The notes beneath the pieces are model-generated. The model ran no database searches. It was given only the letters and a program-made list of their open reading frames with translations, and was not told where the DNA came from. Position numbers and translations under genes: made by a program. A stretch of DNA of 64,000 nucleotides from Alphaproteobacteria bacterium (GTDB taxonomy: Bacteria > Pseudomonadota > Alphaproteobacteria > JABAAW01): contig CBDCGG010000002.1 in NCBI GenBank assembly GCA_965216605.1, forward strand, positions 1,369,245 through 1,433,244. The letters run 5' to 3'. This document shows positions 1-9,214 of the stretch, one piece after another (the first letter of the stretch is position 1; each line of letters begins with the position of its first letter).

Positions 1-275
1 TGCTGGCGGCGGCGTTGTACTTGGAGCCGCGATTGTTGTTGTGCGATGCTTCCATCGATGCATTAGACGCTAAGGGAAGCGAGCGATTCGCGCGGGTCTT
101 AAAAACATTTTGCAAAAAAGATGCGTCTGAGAGAAGTGCATTTGCTAGAGCTGCCGTCGTCGTCACCCGACAGAGCGCGTTGTTGCAGGTTTGTCATCGT
201 GCTTGGATTTGTGCGGACAACAGGGTTCGGGTTCAAAACCTCACGACGCGCCAAGAGCGGAAAACGGAAGAGTAG
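1..275 (+). CDS. C-terminal part of a type I secretion ABC ATPase (PrtD/AprD-like), degenerate motifs; runs off the window start
   Basis: The frame from nt 3 reads LAAALYLEPRLLLCDASIDALDAKG...VVVTRQSALL, resembling the family pattern LARALYxxPxLLxLDEPxxxLD...VIxHRxxxL. It lies directly upstream of an HlyD-like gene. Confidence 0.65.
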   Translation, partial: LAAALYLEPRLLLCDASIDALDAKGSERFARVLKTFCKKDASERSAFARAAVVVTRQSALLQVCHRAWICADNRVRVQNLTTRQERKTEE

Positions 276-287
276 GCGGAGGGTGGC

Positions 288-1730
288 ATGCGTTTTGTGA
301 AGGCTCGATTTGTTGTGGCGTTGTTTTTTTTCTGTTCGGCGATCGTGCTTGTGGGGGGAGTAGGCTCGGTGTTCTTTCTGCCTTGGGTTTACAGCGCCGA
401 GGTTTTGGATGGCGAGGAGATCGTTGTGATACGCGCGCCGCAGGGGGGGATCGTGCGCTCTTTGCGCGTGGTGAAGGGGGAGAAGGTGCGTGCCGATACC
501 ATCGTAGCCGAGATCGTCACCACCGACATTCAGCCTCCTGATAGGCTTGTCGCGCGAGAGATTTTGTACAAGCGTGTCGAGAATGCTCGTCTCGAATCGC
601 AGAGGGGGGGATTGAAGCAGATATTGCTGAAGCCAGATTTACGGGCGCGGATTGCGCTCGATCGAGATTATTCTCGCTTTGTGGGGGAGCAGCGTCGTTT
701 GTTTCGTGCATTTTTGAACAAGATAAAGGTGGCGACGAAATTGCTGCGCGAAGAGAGAGCAAGGCTCGATGTTCAGGTGAGGGGTATGCAGGGGGAGATC
801 GCCTCCTTGGCAGAGCGGCAGATTTTGTTGGAGCAAGAGCTGACAACAAAGGGCGGAGCAGAGTTGCGCGCAGAGACAAAGCGGAACCGTCGATCCGCTC
901 AAAGGGCTCGCAAGCAGTTGCGGGGGTTACAGCGCAAGGTTAGCTCTAACGCGCAGGCTTTGTTGGATGAAACCTTGCGGGTGCGGCGTGAGGAGAGCGT
1001 TGATATGGAGGTGCTAAGGGAGCAATTGAATGCGTTGTATGCTCGGATCGGCTTGCCGAAAAATGCCTTCGACAGGTTGGGGCTTGTCGATGTTTCGGGC
1101 GGAGGGCAGCGATTGCGGAGGTTGATTGCGCGGACATCAGGTCGTGTTGTCAAGGTTGCCGAGGGAGTGCTACCTGGCGATGTGGTGGTTAGCGGCGAGG
1201 TTCTTGCGGAAATTTTGCCGAACAGCAGACGCTCAAGCTATCGACTGAGGCTGCAGGATACGGAGGGGTTGTTGGCGGGCGTGATGCAGGAGGCGGGAGA
1301 TGGAGATGGAAATGGCAAGGGAGTTAAAAACAGAAAGATAGTTCGGGTTCGCTCGATGCGTTGCGAGGATTTTCCTGATACGCTTTCTTGGAGTGGGAAT
1401 ATCGAGAGGGGGGGGATATTGTTGTTGGGGCGCAGTATGTTGCGGGAGGTTGATTTTCCTTCGGTGAGGCGGGGGGGGCGTTGTTCGGTTGTGGTGGGGT
1501 TGGGGGGGGGGATTAGCGAGCGAGGAGATTTTGTGATGGGCTTTGTTAGGGGAGTTTTTGGGGGCGGGGTAGATTGGCGTGGTGTGTGGGGGGGGCTGGG
1601 GGGTATGAGGGATTTAGCGATGGGGGGAGGGGAGGAGTTATGGGGTAGGTTAGATTTTTTGCGGGGGGAGGGGGGAGAAGTTATATGGAATAACTTTGTT
1701 GAGGATATTAATAATTCTAAAAATAAATAA
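288..1730 (+). CDS. HlyD-family type I secretion membrane fusion protein, divergent, with a Gly-rich low-complexity C-terminus
   Basis: N-terminal TM helix, IRAPQGGIVRSLRVVKGEKV hairpin half, long coiled coil, second half IARTSGRVV...GDVVVSGEVLAEILP; GGAGG upstream of the ATG. Confidence 0.7.
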   Translation: MRFVKARFVVALFFFCSAIVLVGGVGSVFFLPWVYSAEVLDGEEIVVIRAPQGGIVRSLRVVKGEKVRADTIVAEIVTTDIQPPDRLVAREILYKRVENARLESQRGGLKQILLKPDLRARIALDRDYSRFVGEQRRLFRAFLNKIKVATKLLREERARLDVQVRGMQGEIASLAERQILLEQELTTKGGAELRAETKRNRRSAQRARKQLRGLQRKVSSNAQALLDETLRVRREESVDMEVLREQLNALYARIGLPKNAFDRLGLVDVSGGGQRLRRLIARTSGRVVKVAEGVLPGDVVVSGEVLAEILPNSRRSSYRLRLQDTEGLLAGVMQEAGDGDGNGKGVKNRKIVRVRSMRCEDFPDTLSWSGNIERGGILLLGRSMLREVDFPSVRRGGRCSVVVGLGGGISERGDFVMGFVRGVFGGGVDWRGVWGGLGGMRDLAMGGGEELWGRLDFLRGEGGEVIWNNFVEDINNSKNK

Positions 1731-1809
1731 TGTAGATATTACAATAAAAATATAACTTATTATGAATGTAAACGCAAGACGAACAAGCCTTAAGATTAGT
1801 TTTGGGCGA

Positions 1810-1983
1810 AGTGAGTTTTGCGCATGGGGCACGAGCCGTCTTGCTCGCCTCGCAAAAAAGCGAGGCGAGAGGCGAGTGGCGGAGCGAGCAAAGCGAGCGA
1901 GCGTAGCTTAGAGCAGACGAAGTTCCCTCGCAAAAAGCGCACTGCGTGCGCTATGGCGTGCGCATGTTTTGCACCCGTGAAGA
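1810..1983. repeat. GC-rich palindromic intergenic element, copy A
   Basis: Perfect 10-bp stem CTCGCCTCGC-A6-GCGAGGCGAG (1844-1869), hairpin AGCGCAC-TGC-GTGCGCT (1936-1952), and block GCGTGCGCATGTTTTGC (1956-1972) identical to 10181-10197. Confidence 0.65.
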
Positions 1984-3447
1984 CTAGCCGCACAGCCTCT
2001 TCCTCACCCGCCTCTCCCCCAACAACCCCATAATCCCCCCCACATCCGGCCCACGCTCACAGCCCAACAATCCCCTCCGCAACGGCACATATAACAATCT
2101 ACCCCCAATCCCCAATGCCTCCCCCATATCCCCCAAAAATTTAACCCAATCTATACTACTCTTATCTTCTCCCCCATCCCTTTTCTCCTCTAACAATTTC
2201 TTAACAACAGCTCCCATTTCCTCCGAAAGCAACTCCCGCCCTATCTTCGCGTCGTCCTCCGTAAAACAACGCCTCACCCAATCGCTAATCCCCAAAACAT
2301 CATCGCAATTTTCACAAAACAATCGCCAAAACTTCTCTCCGTCCTCGCTATCCAACAATTTAATCTCCTCGTCTTCTAACCTCTCCCGTATTTCCCCCCA
2401 GCTCATTTTAGAGATAACCCGCCGATTCACCTCGCGCAAATGCCCCGTGTCAAACATCGGAGAAGCACGACCAAAATCTGCAAACGAAAAATCTCGCACC
2501 ACCCCCTGCCAATCCTCGTCCCCCCGCGCGGTCTTGCTGCTGCCCAACTTCGCCAAATACAACAGCAACGCCCTCGCCTCAATTCCCCCCTCGCGCAAAG
2601 CTCGCAACGACAAACTGCTAGCCCCCTCACGCTTTGACAAAGGAGAGTCTCCCCCCTCTCCATCGCCGCTCCGCAACAGAGGGACATGCGCCATGCGCGG
2701 CACTTTGTATCCTAAAGCCTCGAACAGCTGAGCTTGCACCGCCGAGTTCGTCGCATGATCCTCGCCGCGAACAATATGCGAAACCCCACACTCGCCGTCA
2801 TCGACAACCGAGGTCAGCGTGTACAAAGGCTGCCCGTCCTCGCGCACCAAGACAGGATCGGAGGTGTGCGCAAAGTCAAACCTGCTCTCGCCGCGAAATA
2901 GATCGCGCACCACAAGCGATCGATGCTCCAACTTGAATCGCCAATGCGGCTTGCGTCCCTCAGCCTCGAAAGCACGCCTCCGCTCAGGGTCGAGCGAAGC
3001 GCGATCATAAACAGGAGGACGGTGCGAGCGCACCATCAAGCGTCTTGCCAACGCCAGCTCTTCTGCCGTCTCGAAACAGGGGTAGAGCCTGCCATCGTCG
3101 CGCAGCTTCTCCCGCGCTGCCTCGTAGAGCGCAAGACGCTCCGACTGGCGAAACTTCTTGTCCCACGCCGCGTCATCCCGCTCCCGCCCCGTCAAGCATC
3201 CTGTCAAGAGCCATGTTAAGTCTTCCTCGATCGCCTCCTCATACATCTGCTCCGAGCGCGCCTTGTCCGTGTCGTCTATCCGCAGCCAAAAAGCCCCTCC
3301 GCGCTGCCTCGCAAAAAGAAAGTTCAACACCGCAACACGAGCATTCCCCGCGTGCAAGTATCCCGTCGGACTGGGAGCAAAACGAAGCAAAACCTCGCTC
3401 TCCGCTTCTTGGCTCGCAGATTTCTCGTTCGCTGATTCTTGTTTCAT
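1984..3447 (-). CDS. gltX: Glutamate--tRNA ligase
   Basis: RFAPSPTGYLHAGN (HIGH motif), LRIDDTD, SHIVRGEDH, PLSKR (KMSKS-like). Confidence 0.95.
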   Translation of the reverse strand: MKQESANEKSASQEAESEVLLRFAPSPTGYLHAGNARVAVLNFLFARQRGGAFWLRIDDTDKARSEQMYEEAIEEDLTWLLTGCLTGRERDDAAWDKKFRQSERLALYEAAREKLRDDGRLYPCFETAEELALARRLMVRSHRPPVYDRASLDPERRRAFEAEGRKPHWRFKLEHRSLVVRDLFRGESRFDFAHTSDPVLVREDGQPLYTLTSVVDDGECGVSHIVRGEDHATNSAVQAQLFEALGYKVPRMAHVPLLRSGDGEGGDSPLSKREGASSLSLRALREGGIEARALLLYLAKLGSSKTARGDEDWQGVVRDFSFADFGRASPMFDTGHLREVNRRVISKMSWGEIRERLEDEEIKLLDSEDGEKFWRLFCENCDDVLGISDWVRRCFTEDDAKIGRELLSEEMGAVVKKLLEEKRDGGEDKSSIDWVKFLGDMGEALGIGGRLLYVPLRRGLLGCERGPDVGGIMGLLGERRVRKRLCG

Positions 3448-5231
3448 CTAATCCTGCTCCTGCTCTTTGTCGTTTTCCCAGCAAAAGTGATTGACGATCG
3501 GATAGCGTCGATCGCGTCCGAACGCGCGCGCGCCCAACTTGGGTCCAGGCGGCGATTGGAAACGCTTATGCTCGGCTCTCCGCAACAAGCCCGCAACCCG
3601 CTGCCGCAAGGTAGTATCGAAGGTAGCATCGAGAGAAACATCCTCGTTTTTTTCACCCTCGATCAGCTCGCGCAAGACCGCATCCAGCTGCTGGTAAGGT
3701 GCGAGCGTATCCTCGTCGCGTTGATCGAAGCGCAACTCTGCGCTCGGTGCTTTCGTCAGAATGCGCTCAGGAATCACCGCAGAAGATTCGACAGAGGATA
3801 AGCCAGATGATCCTGATTGTTGCGCATTGCGCCACCGCGCCAAAGCATAGACCTCCGTCTTGTACAGATCCTTCAACGGAGCATACCCCCCCCCCATGTC
3901 GCCGTAGAGCGTCGTGTAACCCGTCGCAACCTCCGATTTGTTGCTGGTCGCCAGCAGCAGCGCGTCGTGGCGGTTCGCATACGCCATCAGAAAGATCGCA
4001 CGCAAGCGCGCCTGAATATTTTCAAAAACAACCCCCTCGCATGTCTCGCCCAACGCCTGCTCGAAGCCGTGCGTCACCGCGCGCATCGCCTCCTCAATCG
4101 CAATCTCCTTGAGCGAGATTCCCAAGCGCGTCGCCAACAAACGCGCATCCTCACAGCTCTCCTCGCTCGTGTAAGGGGAGGGCAAAAACAGCGCACGCAC
4201 ACGCTCCGCCCCTATCGCCTCGCAGGCAAGCAGCGCGCACAAGGCAGAATCGATTCCCCCCGAAAGTCCCAACACAACCTCGCGCAAGCCGCTTTTGCGC
4301 GCGTAGTCTCGAATGCCCATTTTTATTCCCTGCCAGCCGAGCTCCTCCCATGGTGGTAGCGAGGCGGTAGCGAGGGTGATTTTTTGTCCTTGTCGAGAGG
4401 TGTAAGCCCTCCGTCGTGAAAGCGAAAGAGCTCGATCGCCTCTTCAAAAAAGGGCATACGGTAAATTTTCTCGCAAGATTCTTTGCAAGATTCTTCTTCC
4501 TCTGGATTGAGCGCAAAGGAGCCTCCGTCGAAGAGCAGCTCGTCCTGCCCACCCACTTGGTTTACATACAGCAGAGGTACGCCATGACGGGCGACAAGCG
4601 CGTTCGCCACCTTGCTGCGTCGCAACGCCTTGCCGTGCTCGAAGGGCGAGGCGTTCAGCACGAGAAAAAGATCCACCTCGCTACGCGCGAGCGATTCTGC
4701 CACTTCAGGCTGCCACATGTCCTCGCAGATCATAATCCCCAGCCGCAAATCCTTGAATAGGAGGGGGGTGCTTTCCGTGTCGCTTGCTGAGAAATATCGT
4801 TGCTCGTCAAAAACACCATAGTTAGGAAGCAAGCTCTTGTCGCACCAACTCGGTGGCGCGTTGGGAGTGAGCAGCACGGCAGAATTGAACAGATTTTTTA
4901 TTGAAGAAGAACTAGCACGCTTCGTCTCGCGGCGCGGCGCGCCTAGCAGCAGGCTCGCGCGCCCGTCGGCATCGATGGCACGCTGTAGGGTTTGCAAGCC
5001 TGCCTCGCAAGCGTCTAAGAAGCTGTCGTCGAGCAGCAGGTCGTCGGGCTGATAACCGCAGATCGCGAGTTCCGAGCAAACTGCCAAATCCAGCTTCGGC
5101 TCGACGCGCAGGGCTTGTTCGCGCGCGCGCAACAAGGATTGCACATTGCCTTGCACATTACCTTGCCCATTACCTTGGATGTCTCCCAGCGTTGGATTGC
5201 TCTGCACGGCGGCTAAAAGCAGCGTGGGCAA
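3448..5231 (-). CDS. nadE: Glutamine-dependent NAD+ synthetase, split by a single frameshift at ~4354-4376 (glutaminase domain 4323-5231, synthetase domain 3448-4320)
   Basis: The N part has nitrilase-fold motifs (SELAICGY, K..LPNYGVFDEQRYF, ICEDMW, NQVGGQDELLFDG). The C part has LGLSGGIDS, ENIQARLR, NKSE and KAPSAEL. The start (TTG 5231) is estimated. Confidence 0.9.
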
Positions 5232-5247
5232 ACGGAGTGTGGGCTTT

Positions 5248-5910
5248 TCAGTGTCGATGCTTCGCCTCGGCAGGAGGTTTTTGCGGATACTTCTCGTACG
5301 CTGCCTTGACCTTCTCCCGCCCCCCCATACGCGCAAGCCACGCCTTGGCGTGGGGAAAGTTCTCGATTGCAATCCCCTGCGCCACATGGCGAGAGGGGTT
5401 TGTCCAAGGGTAGGTGGCGAAGTCTGCTATCGAGAGTTCCTTGCCGCCGAGCCACTCGCTTTCTTGCAAGCGACGATTCAAAACACGATAGAGCCGTTGC
5501 GCTTCGGTGGTGTAGCGTTCCAAGCCGTAGGCTATGCGCTCAGGCGCGTACATGGCGAAATGGTGCGCCTGTCCCAGCATGGGTCCGAGGCTGGCGTTCT
5601 GCCAAAAAAGCCACACGAGCGTCTCCATACGCTCCTTCGTGTCCGAGCTGATAAATCGCCCCGTCTTCTCGGCGAGGTAGAGCAGGATCGCTCCCGATTC
5701 GAAGAGCGCGATCCTGCCGCCGTCCACAGCCTCGTCGTCGGTCAGGGCGGGAATCTTGTTGTTTGGACTGATCGCCAAGAAGGCTTCCGAAAACTGCTCG
5801 TCCTTGGAGAAATCGATCTCGACCGCCTTATAGTCCGCCTCCAGCTCCTCCAGCAAAAGGATGGGCTTCATGCCGTTGGGCGTCGATGAGTTCGTATAAA
5901 GTGTTAGCAT
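5248..5910 (-). CDS. Glutathione S-transferase family protein (YfcG/Nu-class-like)
   Basis: TPNG motif, SPNNKIP, LFESGAILLYLAEK, LGPMLGQ, SIADFATYPW. Confidence 0.9.
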   Translation of the reverse strand: MLTLYTNSSTPNGMKPILLLEELEADYKAVEIDFSKDEQFSEAFLAISPNNKIPALTDDEAVDGGRIALFESGAILLYLAEKTGRFISSDTKERMETLVWLFWQNASLGPMLGQAHHFAMYAPERIAYGLERYTTEAQRLYRVLNRRLQESEWLGGKELSIADFATYPWTNPSRHVAQGIAIENFPHAKAWLARMGGREKVKAAYEKYPQKPPAEAKHRH

Positions 5911-5949
5911 ATTATTCTCCGTGTTTATCTTAAATGGTTAAAAAAGTCC

Positions 5950-5978
5950 TTGCAACGCAACAAAAAAAATGCTAGAGT
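5950..5978 (+). promoter_or_regulatory. Putative sigma70 promoter for hfq-hflX
   Basis: TTGCAA (5950-5955), 17-bp spacer, TAGAGT (5973-5978). Confidence 0.45.
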
Positions 5979-6259
5979 CAGCGCAGACAAAACAATTGCT
6001 TGGGCGATGAAGGTCGAATGGGAGGTTAGAAGGGGCGATAAGGGTAAAGGGGGAGGGAAGAAACAGACACTTTTGACGAGAGGAAACGCAGCAAAGAAGG
6101 GTCAGAAGAGCTCACGGTTGCAGGGAACGATACAAAAAATGCGGACAAGCATTCGTCTAGGTTAATAAGGTACTCTAGCCCCCGCTCATTTTTGTGTCAA
6201 CTCCGCCTCGCAAGAGGCGGATACAAGCCAGAAGGCTTTGCAAATCCAGGAGAACTGCC

Positions 6260-6469
6260 ATGACCGAGAATATTCAACAATCGTTTTTGAACACCGTCGT
6301 AGACAGCAAGGCGAGCGTGACCGTCTATCTGACGAACGGAGTCAAATTACAGGGGCGCGTTGTGCGCTACGACCAAGCCTGCCTCCTTCTTTCCCGCCAC
6401 GAACACTCGCAGCTTGTCTACAAGCATGCAATCTCGACGATCTTGCCCGACGAAGCCGTCGCCTTGTAA
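6260..6469 (+). CDS. hfq: RNA chaperone Hfq (69 aa)
   Basis: YLTNGVKLQG and SQLVYKHAISTI Sm motifs; AGGAG RBS at 6248-6252; followed by hflX. Confidence 0.95.
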   Translation: MTENIQQSFLNTVVDSKASVTVYLTNGVKLQGRVVRYDQACLLLSRHEHSQLVYKHAISTILPDEAVAL

Positions 6470-6488
6470 CAATTATCGCACATCGCGG

Positions 6489-7814
6489 ATGGTACCAAGA
6501 AAGCAACGCCGCCCGCACGGCACGGACTCGAAGGACAAGTCGTCCGATTCCCTCGTTCCTCGACGAGGTTGCGTCGTCTATGTAGATCTGTCTAGAGTAG
6601 GGCGTAGCCTTTGCGACCACTCTAGAACGCCAAAAGAATCACAACGAGACCCTAAACATTGTCTCGAAGAAATGGCGAGGCTCGCTCGCTCATCGGGCTT
6701 GTCGCTCCAAGTTGTCTCAAAACAAACGCTTGTCGTCAATCGAGCGTCGGCAGCAACCCTGCTCGGTAAAGGGCAGGTAGAAGCCTTGCGTACGCTCGTC
6801 AAAGATCTGACAATCGAAATTGTCTGTCTCGACGCGCCGCTCGGTGCGCTGCAACAGCGCAACCTAGAACGCGCGTTGGATTGTCGCGTGCTCGATCGCA
6901 CCGCGCTCATCCTGACAATCTTCGCCGCTAATGCGCAAAGCCAAGAAGGACGCTTGCAAGTCGCGCGCGCGCAATGCGCATGGCAAAAATCAAGGCTCGC
7001 GCATGCTTGGCAACACTTAGAACGACAAAGGGGAGGGCGAGGATTCCTCGCAGGACCGGGAGAACGACAGATAGAACTCGATAGGCGCACGCTTGAAAAA
7101 ACTCAACAAAGCCTCGATAAAAAACTACGAAAACTCAACGCACGACGATCGCTGCAACGCCGTGCGCGCCGAGGATGCACGCTCGCTGCCTTGACGGGCT
7201 ACACAAATTCCGGCAAATCGACCCTGTTCAACCGCCTGCTCGCGCTACCGCAAGGCATGCGTCAAGCCGTGAAACAACAACCCTTCCTCACCCTCGATAC
7301 GAAGATCGCGCGTTGGCGCGACGCTTCCTCATCGGCTAGCGGAAACGGCAGCACGACATTGCTGCTGGCAGACACCGTAGGATTCATCGCCGACCTGCCC
7401 ACCTTTCTGATCGACGCATTCAATGCCACGCTGGAAGAGGTCGTGCAAGCCGACATCGTCTTGCATGTGCGCGACATCGTAGCCCAAGACAGCGCCGAGC
7501 AGAAACACGAGGTGTTGCGCGTCTTGCAACGATTGGGCTGCAAAGGCAGAATCGTCGAGGTATGGAACAAAGTCGACAAACTGCCACACTCGCAACGCTT
7601 TGCTACCCTAGAAGCTGCCAGAGCCTGCGACGCTGTTCTTGTCTCTGCGCTTTCGGGCGAGGGGTGTGAGGCGTTGCAGAGTCTCGTCGCAGGACTTTCT
7701 AACGCAGGATTGCCTCACGCAGAATTTTCTCCCGCAGAATTTTCTCAAGTAAGCGCGCCTCTAGAATCCTTTGCGGCACACCCATCGATAGACGGCGAAG
7801 GCGAGCAGCCCTGA
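6489..7814 (+). CDS. hflX: Ribosome-splitting GTPase HflX
   Basis: HLERQRGG..GPGERQIELDRR, GYTNSGKS, TLD, DTVGFI, NKVD; follows hfq. Start estimated at ATG 6489; the 3' end overlaps the MATE gene. Confidence 0.92.
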   Translation: MVPRKQRRPHGTDSKDKSSDSLVPRRGCVVYVDLSRVGRSLCDHSRTPKESQRDPKHCLEEMARLARSSGLSLQVVSKQTLVVNRASAATLLGKGQVEALRTLVKDLTIEIVCLDAPLGALQQRNLERALDCRVLDRTALILTIFAANAQSQEGRLQVARAQCAWQKSRLAHAWQHLERQRGGRGFLAGPGERQIELDRRTLEKTQQSLDKKLRKLNARRSLQRRARRGCTLAALTGYTNSGKSTLFNRLLALPQGMRQAVKQQPFLTLDTKIARWRDASSSASGNGSTTLLLADTVGFIADLPTFLIDAFNATLEEVVQADIVLHVRDIVAQDSAEQKHEVLRVLQRLGCKGRIVEVWNKVDKLPHSQRFATLEAARACDAVLVSALSGEGCEALQSLVAGLSNAGLPHAEFSPAEFSQVSAPLESFAAHPSIDGEGEQP

Positions 7815-9152
7815 GGCTAGGTTGGCTGCGATCTCGCTCAACAAAATTCCCTCGACACCTAGTAACTTTGAGGCAAGGTAGGCGACAGGCACATAAAGCA
7901 CAAACCAATGCACCGCCTCGCTCGAGAAGGCGTAGAGGGGTTTCGCGATGCCGTAGAAGAAAGAGCCGAGCAGCATCACGATCCCTGCAAAGGCAAAACT
8001 GCAAGGGATGTAGCGAAAGTAGAAGGTTGTCCAAGCTACGAAGTCGTCGCCGTTGCCGAACAGCTCGGCGATCGGTCGGGCAAACAAGAACAGAGGTAGC
8101 GTGCTGATCGCTCCCCACAGCAAGGCAACGCGGGTTGCCACCCTCCCTGCTTCCTCGACGCGTGCGCGATGCGTTCCTCCCCAGTTTTGTGCGACGATCG
8201 GAATCAGGGCGACCGCCATCGCGTAGTAGGGCAGGAAGACGATGGCGTAAAGGCGCGTGACCACGCCGTAGGTGGCAACCGCTTGCGTGCCGAAGCCGGC
8301 GAGAAGGGTTACCATGTAGATCTCCGTCGCGGGCTGGACGATATTTTGTCCTGAGGCAGGTATGGCGAAGCGTATTAATCGAACAAAATCTGCGAGCAGC
8401 TCTTTGAGCCCTCCTCGTATTTTGCCCAAGATCTTGTAGTGCGTCAGTCCCCACAGCAAGAGGAGGCATCCCACCGCACGCGCGATCAGGGTTGCCCAAG
8501 CTGCCCCTGCGATCTCCAGACGAGGAAAGCCCCATAAGCCGAAGATCAGCAGAGGATCGAGGACGATGTTCATCAACGAGGCGCACAGCATGATCATCCC
8601 AGGAAAGATGGCGATTCCGTGTGCGCGCAGAACATGGTTGACGACGATCAGCAGCGTCAGCATGGGAGAACTCGCATACCATATACGCATGTAGATTTTG
8701 ATGAACGACAGCGTCTCGGCGTTGGCTCCCATGGCTTTGAAGACGGGTTCGATCGTGAAAAAACCTAGCGTGGCAAGCGCGATCCCGTACAGCAAGGCGA
8801 GCAGCACGGCAGAACTCCCCAACCCGTAGGCTTCCTGCGGCTTGCCTGCGCCTAGTGCTTGGGCGATCAGGGCTGTCGCCGCGATGCCGAGCGCAATCGA
8901 GAGCGTGATGAAGCCGAAAAGCAGAGGAAAGACAAAACTGATGGCAGCCAGCTGCACTGTGCCGAGTTTGCCGACGAAGAAGACATCGGCAAGGTTGAAA
9001 AGAAAGATACCCAAAAGCCCCACAACCGTAGGCCAAGCCAAGCGTAAGATATTGACGAGGATGCTCCCTTGCGTCAGCCTCGCGTGTTGGTTCTCGCTTT
9101 GCGTTGCGCGGCCGCTCGTGATGCGAACGCCGCGCCGTCTAGAATCGCTCAT
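7761..9152 (-). CDS. MATE family efflux transporter
   Basis: LTQGSI..ILRLAWP, DVFFVGKLG..LAA, NIVLDPLLIFG..FPRLEIAGAAWAT; about 12 hydrophobic segments. Confidence 0.9.
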   Translation of the reverse strand: MSDSRRRGVRITSGRATQSENQHARLTQGSILVNILRLAWPTVVGLLGIFLFNLADVFFVGKLGTVQLAAISFVFPLLFGFITLSIALGIAATALIAQALGAGKPQEAYGLGSSAVLLALLYGIALATLGFFTIEPVFKAMGANAETLSFIKIYMRIWYASSPMLTLLIVVNHVLRAHGIAIFPGMIMLCASLMNIVLDPLLIFGLWGFPRLEIAGAAWATLIARAVGCLLLLWGLTHYKILGKIRGGLKELLADFVRLIRFAIPASGQNIVQPATEIYMVTLLAGFGTQAVATYGVVTRLYAIVFLPYYAMAVALIPIVAQNWGGTHRARVEEAGRVATRVALLWGAISTLPLFLFARPIAELFGNGDDFVAWTTFYFRYIPCSFAFAGIVMLLGSFFYGIAKPLYAFSSEAVHWFVLYVPVAYLASKLLGVEGILLSEIAANLASGLLAFAVYRWVCRKGF

Positions 9153-9214
9153 ATATTAGCCGAGCAATACCAAAGGTCGATTATTCATCTTGTTTCCTCT
9201 CTTTATCTTTCGAG

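Noticed and set aside
1400-1700. G-runs as selected G-quadruplex or phase-variation tracts
   Set aside because: They are part of a broader graded, mirror-image skew better treated as a mutational halo, although G4 formation cannot be excluded.
5232-5387. N-terminal extension of the nadE ORF
   Set aside because: It overlaps the GST 3' end; nitrilase-like sequence begins only near LLLAAVQSNP.
7699-9036. 445-aa alternate-frame ORF over the MATE gene
   Set aside because: Arg-rich frame-shadow with no motif; the MATE frame explains the region.
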